Sequence record: MK250029.1
Length of the DNA: 64,000 bases
Direction: 5' to 3' (one strand)
The position numbers and the translations under genes were made by a program. Positions within the stretch are counted from its first letter, which is position 1, and every line of letters begins with the position of its first letter. Below are positions 55,843-64,000 of the stretch, piece by piece. Under the pieces are notes generated by a model that had not been told where the DNA came from, searched no databases, and was given only the letters and a program-made list of their open reading frames with translations.

Positions 55843-57061
55843 GTTTTTATAACCTATTTTATTTTTAATAAGTTATAACATATACTTTATGTTATAACTT
55901 ATTTTTATTTAATAGTATTAAAGGTTTATCCTATTATTCAATTAGATAAATATTATAAATGAAAATATAATATATGAATTATAATAAAATTTATAATAAT
56001 ATTATTAATAATGCAAAAAATCGAAATAATATAAACAATCAATACTTTGAAATACATCATATTATCCCTAAATGTATAGGAGGAACTGATGATGATAAAA
56101 ATTTAGTAAAACTTACATTACGTGAACATTTTATATGTCATGAATTATTAGTTAAAATATATTCAGATATACAATCATTAAAATGCGCATTATGGATTAT
56201 TTGTATTACGACATTAGAAGCAAAAAAAGAATATATAACAAATAATATAAAATATAAAAATAATAAATTACCTATTAATCATAGAGTACAACATTTTTTA
56301 AATGATTTTGAAAAACATATTAATATATCTTCAAGAGATTATGAATATTGTAGAACATTATATTATATAGCAACAAAAGGGAAAAAACGAACTGTTGAGC
56401 AATGTAAAAAAATTTCAGATGCGACAAAGCATGCTATGAAAGATCCATCTAGAGTACAATTAAGAAGAAAAGGTGTATTGGGTAGTAAATTTTATTATGA
56501 TTTAATAACAAATAAATCTTATAAATGGTTTCCGGGAGATCCAGATATTGATTTAAATAAGTATGCGTGGGGTAGAGGAAAGAAAATGAGTTTAAAATCA
56601 AAAACATTAATGTCTGAAAATTTATCAAAATATAAAAAAGTATATTATTATAATGATAATTTAAAATCATCTACATGCTTTTGTAAAGATTAGATAAAAA
56701 TATTACCTGATAGTTGGCATTTAGGAAGAAAATTCGGCGGATATAATAAAATGAAAATATTTATTATACCATTATTAAGAAATGTACATTTTAAATTAGT
56801 ATGTAATTAGCATTTTATTGATAATATATTTTATCATATTAATTTATTAAACAAATAGGAAATAAGTATAGGTATATTAACGATTAATGAAAAAATATTA
56901 AGTGACTTAATACAAAAAAATATTGATATTAATGATGAAAAATATATTACAATAATATATAACAATATATTAAATAATATAAACCAAATTAAAACTATTA
57001 ATAATAGCGTTTATTTAAATAGTGAAAATATTTAAGTTTTTATAACCTATTTTATTTTTAA
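55816..57061 (+). repeat. 53-bp direct repeat (55816-55868 and 57009-57061), 2 mismatches
   Basis: GTTTAT(C/T)TA(C/A)ATAGTGAAAATATTTAAGTTTTTATAACCTATTTTATTTTTAA flanks the HNH gene. Confidence 0.9.
55974..57035 (+). CDS. Free-standing HNH homing endonuclease (T4 Mob-like), 353 aa, 3 TAG
   Basis: EIHHIIPKCIGGTDD..NLVKLTLREHF.CH.LL; NUMOD-like KRTVEQCKKIS; read-through to TAA 57035. Confidence 0.85.
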
Positions 57062-57188
57062 ATTTTAATGATTCCAGTATACCACTACTGGAATCATTTT
57101 TTATTGATTTTTTCTAATAAAAATAGATGTTTTTAATCAACTTTTTATATGTTTTTCTATATAATTTTTAAGAAAAAGATTAAATAGT

Positions 57189-57896
57189 ATGAATTTATTT
57201 GATAACGAATTTGATGATATAATTGATTCAGAAACTACATCTTCATCTGTTTCTACAGAGATGAGAGTTAATGAATTTAAAAAATGGAAACAAGAAGTAT
57301 TAAGTTTAAAAAAGAGAAAAGATGATATATATAATCGTAGAAATATAGTTCATAATATAGATGATATAATATTAGAAGGAAATTCAGTTACTTTGATTTT
57401 TGACTCCAATGTTGAGAAAAATGTTATATTATGTCCTATTAATTATATTATATCATGTCCTCTACCGATCAATAATATTAATATAGAAAATAATACAGAA
57501 AATGATATACGATTAATCTTATATTCACCAAGAAAATATAATGATTCAAAATTAGAAGAGGATATTGTGAATAAGGATGATTTAGAATTGCTATCTCTTA
57601 TTAACTTTAATAATATGAATATAACAGATATATTATTTAGAGGTACATTTTCTACATTTGATGATTATCATAAGTATATAGATATTGTAAAGAACAAATT
57701 TAATTATGCTACAATATGGATGAATTATGAAACACGTATAGAACATCCTGATACTACTATAAAACCATTAAAAAGAAATAACTGTCATATATCAGCATTA
57801 TTGAGATATGATGAATTAATAGATACTATTATTTACAATGATACTGTTAATATATCATATTGTAATTTTATTAATAGTGGAATATTGCAAAATTAA
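57189..57896 (+). CDS. Hypothetical protein
   Basis: 235-aa ORF starting MNLFDNEFDDII. Confidence 0.65.
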   Translation: MNLFDNEFDDIIDSETTSSSVSTEMRVNEFKKWKQEVLSLKKRKDDIYNRRNIVHNIDDIILEGNSVTLIFDSNVEKNVILCPINYIISCPLPINNINIENNTENDIRLILYSPRKYNDSKLEEDIVNKDDLELLSLINFNNMNITDILFRGTFSTFDDYHKYIDIVKNKFNYATIWMNYETRIEHPDTTIKPLKRNNCHISALLRYDELIDTIIYNDTVNISYCNFINSGILQN

Positions 57897-57906
57897 TTAG
57901 TTAAGA

Positions 57907-58083
57907 ATGGAAAATAAAAGAAATAAGTTATTTTACGTTATTATTATTGTACTTATAGGTGCTTGCATATATTTTGCAAGTGAAAAAACATATTATGAAA
58001 TGAAGGTACATCAATTGCAAGAAACAGTAGATAGACAAGCTGGTGCAATAGAAAGTTTAGAAAGACAAAAGATTAATTATTAA
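57907..58083 (+). CDS. Small membrane protein, 58 aa (not in the ORF track)
   Basis: MENKRNKLFYVIIIVLIGACIYFAS then a coiled coil. Confidence 0.55.
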   Translation: MENKRNKLFYVIIIVLIGACIYFASEKTYYEMKVHQLQETVDRQAGAIESLERQKINY

Positions 58084-58093
58084 AATAAAATAT

Positions 58094-59059
58094 ATGGATG
58101 ACAAATATTTAATTATATATCATAAAGAAGATAATGATGGCTTATTTTCAATGGCTATCATTTATAATTATTTAACAGAAGAAAAACATATAAACAGAAA
58201 TATGATTTCTTTATTTGGTGCAGATTATAATATGATGGAGAATATAAATATTCATACAGATATTATAAATCAATATGATTATGTATATATTACTGATATT
58301 TCATTTGATACTGCAGAAACAATGAGAGAACTTAAGAAAACATATGGCAATAAGCTTACATGGTTTGATCATCATGCACCTATGATTAATAAATCAGAAG
58401 AGTTACATTTTGATGATATTCCTGGTACAAGAACAACAAAACATTCAGCATTGTATAATGCATTTACATATCTATATAATTTTGTTGGTCGAATTCCTGA
58501 TTTATTTAAGGTATTATCTGCATGGGATAGTTGGAGTTATGAAGCAGAAAATATTAATTTTGATTTTTGTAGATATGTAAATATTGGTGTAAATAACAAA
58601 TATGATTTGAATACTAATAAAATTATTAATTATGTATATGATATTATATATACATATGAACCTATTGAATTATCAGCTCAAATTAATGAACTTAAGGATT
58701 TAGGTAAACTTGAATGTAATATTATAGATAGAAATAATAAGAATCTTATTAAAACATATGGTGATTTTACATGGACAGTTGGACCTGATAATAGAAGTGC
58801 ATGTGCATTGTTTATTCAGAAACCTACAAATTCACAAATATTTTCTTCATGTAAAGAGAGAGTTCAGAATGGTATTGTATTTAAGCGTCTAACTGATGGT
58901 ATGTGGGCAATATCATTATATAATCCTATTGATACGCATGAATTTCATTGTGGTAAATTTTTACAGGAATATTATCATGGTGGTGGACATGAAGGTGCAG
59001 CAGGCGCACAAATAACAGAAGATGAATTTATTAAAATTTTAAAAGCTAAACATATTTAA
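58094..59059 (+). CDS. DHH-family phosphoesterase
   Basis: YHKEDNDG..S, TDISF, FDHH, GGGHEGAAG. Confidence 0.88.
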   Translation: MDDKYLIIYHKEDNDGLFSMAIIYNYLTEEKHINRNMISLFGADYNMMENINIHTDIINQYDYVYITDISFDTAETMRELKKTYGNKLTWFDHHAPMINKSEELHFDDIPGTRTTKHSALYNAFTYLYNFVGRIPDLFKVLSAWDSWSYEAENINFDFCRYVNIGVNNKYDLNTNKIINYVYDIIYTYEPIELSAQINELKDLGKLECNIIDRNNKNLIKTYGDFTWTVGPDNRSACALFIQKPTNSQIFSSCKERVQNGIVFKRLTDGMWAISLYNPIDTHEFHCGKFLQEYYHGGGHEGAAGAQITEDEFIKILKAKHI

Positions 59060-59063
59060 ATTA

Positions 59064-59103
59064 AATAGGAGAATAGTTTTTCGTATACTATTCTCCTATT
59101 TTT
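59064..59103. terminator. Bidirectional terminator between convergent blocks
   Basis: AATAGGAGAATAGT...ACTATTCTCCTATT. Confidence 0.7.
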
Positions 59104-62100
59104 TATTTGTCATTATTACTATTTGTATCTAATGTATTTTCATCTATATCATTATTATTCGAAAATTCTACTTGCTAATTTGTATTTTTAGTCATGTAAT
59201 TTGTAAATGTTATTAATGTACCTGGTATTCTATCTGAACCTAATATCGCTTTTACAGATTCCCAGAATTCTCTTTGTTTTATTGTATCTGTTCCTATATG
59301 ATAATGTTTTGTTGTTGCACCTGTATCATCTCGCGCCTGTTCTATATAAGCAGATACACCATAATCATAGAATAATTTTAATATAGTAGGACTTTTCATT
59401 ATAATATTTGTCATAAGTTCAGTAAAATCCATACCGTTATTAATAATATCTATAGCTTCGCCATATAAATGTCGTGAATTATTCTTTTTAAAATACATTA
59501 CTTCACCAATAGCATTCATACATTTATAATAATCATATTTTTTTATAAATGCATTCCCATCAACTTTATTACCATATTCATCTACTGCCCATCTTCTTCC
59601 AGATACTAATTTACATTTATTATCAGATTCAGATAAAATAGTTTTATAAATATCCTTCATAAACTATTTTAAACCAGTTAACGGTATAGTAGAACCAGCT
59701 ACATAATCAGATTTCTTTACATATTGATCTATCATATCCATATTAAAATTAACCGCCTCTACTGTTTCTTTACCGTGCGCATTATATATAGTACCAGCTT
59801 CTTCTTGCTCTTGCTATTGTTCATCAGTCGTAGAACTTATATTCTATTTTTTCTATGCTGATACAACAACATCTTCAGATGTTGTTGCACCTTTAATATG
59901 TTCTGCTCCATATCGTTTTAATGCATCATAATATGCCATTCTAGCAAGTTTACCATTTCCAATATCTACTAATACAATAGTATTTGCTGTTTTTTTATCT
60001 ATTGTTTTACCTGATTTATCTTTAATTTTAGATGGTACTGGCCATTCTCTTCTAACTAATTTAACATTTGTTCTCCAATTTGTACCCTAACCCTAATCAT
60101 TTTCAGTATCAAATACCCATTCAATACCATCTATAATATACCAACCAGATTCTGCTTCATACATACATTCTTCTATTTTTGTACGTGCTTGACCAGTTCT
60201 AATAGCTTGTTCTGCTCTATTTAAATCCATTAAAACAATAGGCATTTTTTCACCACGAACAATACTTAAGTTTGCACCATTTAATTCAACAAGTAAATAT
60301 TGTTTTTGTAACTATAATAAATTTCTCATATTATGTTCATATGCAACTTCATAAAATCTATGAGTATTTCCAGATGACATCATATTATTTCCAGTTCCTT
60401 CAAGATTTGCTGCATCTCCATCAGATTGTTGATTTGTAATTTTCTCTGGTTCATTTTTATTTGATGATTGAGTTTCTGAAGTAGCCATTGCAGAATCACC
60501 ACTTGCATATGTCATATTTCTTCCAGGTCCTAATAATACGAAGAAATCGTTATCTGCTCGTGTTGGATCAAATTTTGTTCTATTTAAACATAATGAAAAT
60601 TCAACACTATAATTAGGATTATTTGGATCTATTAAACCTGTGTTAACTGATGAATATTGCATTTTACAATTTAATCCAACAAAATCCTATATTTCCTGTG
60701 CATTATTAAGTAATCTCCAATTATTAACATGATATACTGTTGCTGCTTCATTATCATCTGTAATATTAGTAAATATCTTTGTCTATATATGTGGTTTTAC
60801 TTTCTATTCTTCATCTGTTTTATTTGCAGCTTTACCATCAATAGCTCTATTATTAATAAATGTATTTGTCCAAAATGTCATATCTATTGATTCATCATAA
60901 CCGCTTTCACCTAATAATCTATTAATATTCATGAAAGCTAAACCATATCTCGGGTCTATCCATGATTCAAAAAATGAATTAGAATCTTTCCATGCATGTG
61001 TTGTCAAATCATGTAAAAACATTTCAGGCGATTTACAATTACACCAAACCATTACATCGTTTGTATCATCTGGATCACAAAAGAAGAAACTTAATCTTAA
61101 ACGTTTTGCAAGATCCATCATAGCATCTCGTGATGAACCATTAAAATTATATCTAGATTCTTCATTTCTTAAATCTGGTACATATAATTCTCCGGTTATA
61201 ATCTATGTCTAATATTTCTGATATTGTGTCTAATCCATCTAATCAGAAACAACATTTGTAATTCTGAAATCACATCTCATAGACTTAATCATTGCATGTC
61301 CACTCTGAAAAAATACACTGCATCTATCACCTTGCTTTACAAAATCCTTTTTTAATAAACCAGGGTCTGATGTAGTTACTATAAGTCTCATCGTAGGTAA
61401 AACACCTGTTAATGGCATTTGATAAATTTCATACTCATTATAATTCTTATAATAACCGGTTTCCATAGAAAAATGCTATATTTCCGTAGATTCAAAATAA
61501 TGATCATTTATACGAATTATAGGATATACGGCACCTTTATTATACCATTGATTCTCTTTAATATTAGGACTTGTTACATCCGGTACTGAAATACCAATTA
61601 CATCAGGATTATTAATATCAGCACCTAATGGTAATGAACTACGAGGATTATCTTTATCTTTATTTCCCATTGAATCCTCAAATATACCTTTATTTGAAGA
61701 ATCTTTAGAACCTTTACCATTGCCATCAGAATCATTTGCGTTATCTCCAGTATTTGATGTATTCTTATTTGTTCCTGAAGAATCATTCTCTGAGCCATCA
61801 TTTGTATTAGAATTATCATCATTACTTCCATCAGAATTAGATGTATCTTTATTAGAAGAACCAACCATATCTAATATTTTATCTTCATCTGATTTTGAAT
61901 AACAAACACCACCATATTTTCCTGAACCATAATCAATAGTATAATTAAAAAAATCTTTCTTAATTATCTAATTTGTAGTTACATCTTTATATACTTTTGT
62001 TTCTGTATATAATTTTGCATTCTTACCTTTAAATATGATATTATAAGTATTATTTATTGTGTCAGTATAATAATAATGTGTTATAGTTTTATCTGATGAT

Positions 62101-62144
62101 ACTTCTCCTTTTTTTAAATATTTAATACCATTTATCGTTAACAT
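59103..62144 (-). CDS. Large virion protein, probable baseplate hub, 1013 aa, about 17 TAG
   Basis: One frame joins five track ORFs; SGWYIIDGIEWVF...W.T.V.LVRREWP resembles hub C-terminal regions (inference); next to tail hydrolases. Confidence 0.6.
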
Positions 62145-62146
62145 AA

Positions 62147-63205
62147 TTATTTAGATTTCTTTGTATTTTTATTTGTATTAGATTTATCTGTACTATTAGT
62201 TTTCTTATCTGATTTACCGGTAGATGTATCTTTTTTACCAATGGATGTATCTGCAGTTTTTTTTGCTACGTCCTCTTTAGTAATACCTTGATTTGCATAT
62301 TCTATAGCTGGATCATTTGAATTATATGGTATTTTTAATTCATCTAACACAATACAAGAATCATTTGTAGAATATATACGTGTATGACTACTTGCAAATT
62401 TATCTTTTGATGAAAACATTGTTTGTTTAGATGTAGCAGAAGCCATTTGAAATGCATTATCTTTTGAATTTTCAAATATATTACCACCTTGACCGGTAAA
62501 TGTTTGATATTCATCATGTACAGGATATGCATTAGAATTTCCCATACCTGTACCACCAGTATCACCAAAACCACCACCGTCTAAACCACCGCCAGAAACT
62601 TCAGTACCTAATCCTGATAAATCAGCTAAGTTTACAGAACCCATTTTACTTAATACTGCATTTGCCCATGATGTTCTGCATGTTAGTGCACCAATATATC
62701 CATCTTTAAATGTACGTCTGCTACCATCTGCCATATATGATGTTTTACACCATGTATATGATTTCATAGATTGCTATGAACGTAATCTTGTTCCTTTACC
62801 TGCAGAACCATTTTCATAACCGCGTAGCACAATATCAGTTGATTGTCCAACTGATGTAGTTTTTCTTAACAAATTAATAAATGATTCAGAGCATCCTTTT
62901 GTTACAATAGCTATTTGCTAATCTAATGACCAATTTTCTATAGGTCTAGAATTATTGAATTGTCTCTATATTTGACGTTTCCATGCATTAGACCATTGTG
63001 CAAGTCCGGCACCATATCCGGAACCATTTGCAGATGAACCTTTAAATCTTCCAGATTTTTCAGCAGCGTTATATGCTCCAGGATCACAACCAGATTCTTC
63101 CATAAAACATCCTGCAAATCCAGCAGCCTAGAAATCTTTAAGATGCCATGTATCCATTATTTTCTTTGTTATATAAACACCATTTAATAATTTTTTACCT
63201 GCCAT
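62147..63205 (-). CDS. Phage tail lysozyme (Phage_lysozyme2-like), 352 aa, 4 TAG
   Basis: F(Q)AAGFAGCFMEESGCDP...GYGAGLAQWS; extends track ORF 62147-62767. Confidence 0.75.
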
Positions 63206-63211
63206 AAATCA

Positions 63212-64000
63212 TTAACCATTAGTTTTAACTGAACTATTTACTATATTTAATGTTGTCGTATTTGATGAAACACTAGAATCCCAAGGATTTATTGGAATTG
63301 ATAATTCGTCTAATACGATAGAAGAATCATTTGTTGAATATATACGAGTTGTTTTTAAATTCATTACTGAAGAATCATTCATCTATTTATATGCTGTAGA
63401 ATCTGTATATGTTAATCTTAATTTATTTTCACCAACTATTTCAAATACAGATTTTGAACCATTACCTGATGCAATAGTTTCATATTCATCATGTACAGGA
63501 TATGTATTTGAAGTATAATTAAATTGTGAACCTGCACGACCATTAAATGTACCACCAATACCATATCCTGTATTCATTTGTTGTTGCATTGTATTTCCAT
63601 TAACAGAAGAAAAATCTAATGGTGTATCAATGCTTACACCAGAATTTCGCCATATAATAGAATATCCTGGTTTAATTGATGTATAACATGGCATACCTGC
63701 TCGTTTTTTTCCATTTGGACCTGGTCGTCCATCATGTATATTTCCCCATGCGTATGACATAAAAGAAGATCCGTTTTTTCCATAAAATACTTCAACATGA
63801 CCATTTCTTGCAATTATATCGAATGGCTATAATAGTGTAAATCCTGAAAATCGTAATGGAGAGAAACCTGCTTTTTTAAGATACCTTGCAGTTGTACTTG
63901 TAGTAGATGTAAATTCATGTGAAGATACAAGATAAGATTTTGGAAACGCACCAAATAACTATAAACATGCTGATGTAAAGCCTGAACAATCATCTCCTAC
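63212..64000 (-). CDS. NlpC/P60-like peptidoglycan hydrolase, partial (starts beyond the right edge)
   Basis: DDCSGFTSACL(Q)...GHVEV with catalytic Cys/His; read-through to TAA 63212. Confidence 0.7.

Noticed and set aside
705-63760. Reading the TAG-broken ORFs as pseudogenes or frameshifts
   Set aside because: The fragments stay in one frame, are separated only by TAG, and keep intact catalytic motifs
1-64000. CRISPR array, rRNA, integrase or IS element
   Set aside because: No regularly spaced repeats, rRNA-like segments or recombinase/transposase motifs were seen on manual reading

Overview
A 64-kb piece of a very AT-rich, gapped (metagenome-type) scaffold from a large lytic myovirus of a Bacteroidota host, matching the Lak/Prevotella megaphage type. 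The key to reading it is that TAG is not a stop: many conserved genes (dUTPase, helicase, HtpG, NrdD, PolB, tail lysozyme, DUF3310, homing endonucleases) open up only if TAG is read through, most likely as Gln (translation table 15), so the supplied ORF track is fragmented. Re-read this way, the window holds nucleotide-metabolism and replication genes, RNA-repair genes, host-derived auxiliary genes (OmpA, M13 peptidase, ribosomal S1-like protein, CNNM/CBS protein, TelA, HtpG, SPFH), a glycosyl/pyruvyl-transferase fusion beside three paralogous fibre-like genes, and a minus-strand baseplate/cell-wall-hydrolase block. Top findings: (1) a family-B DNA polymerase broken at motif C by a naturally split, cysteine-free Ser1/Ser+1 intein, with a free-standing Vsr-like homing endonuclease between the halves; (2) nrdD interrupted by a group I intron (HNH gene in loop L1) and an active-site mini-intein, followed by an HNH gene that carries a 53-bp copy of the nrdD 3' end; (3) three distinct promoter classes readable from the intergenic DNA. 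All product calls come from manual motif recognition, with no database search. No tRNA, rRNA or CRISPR array was recognised.
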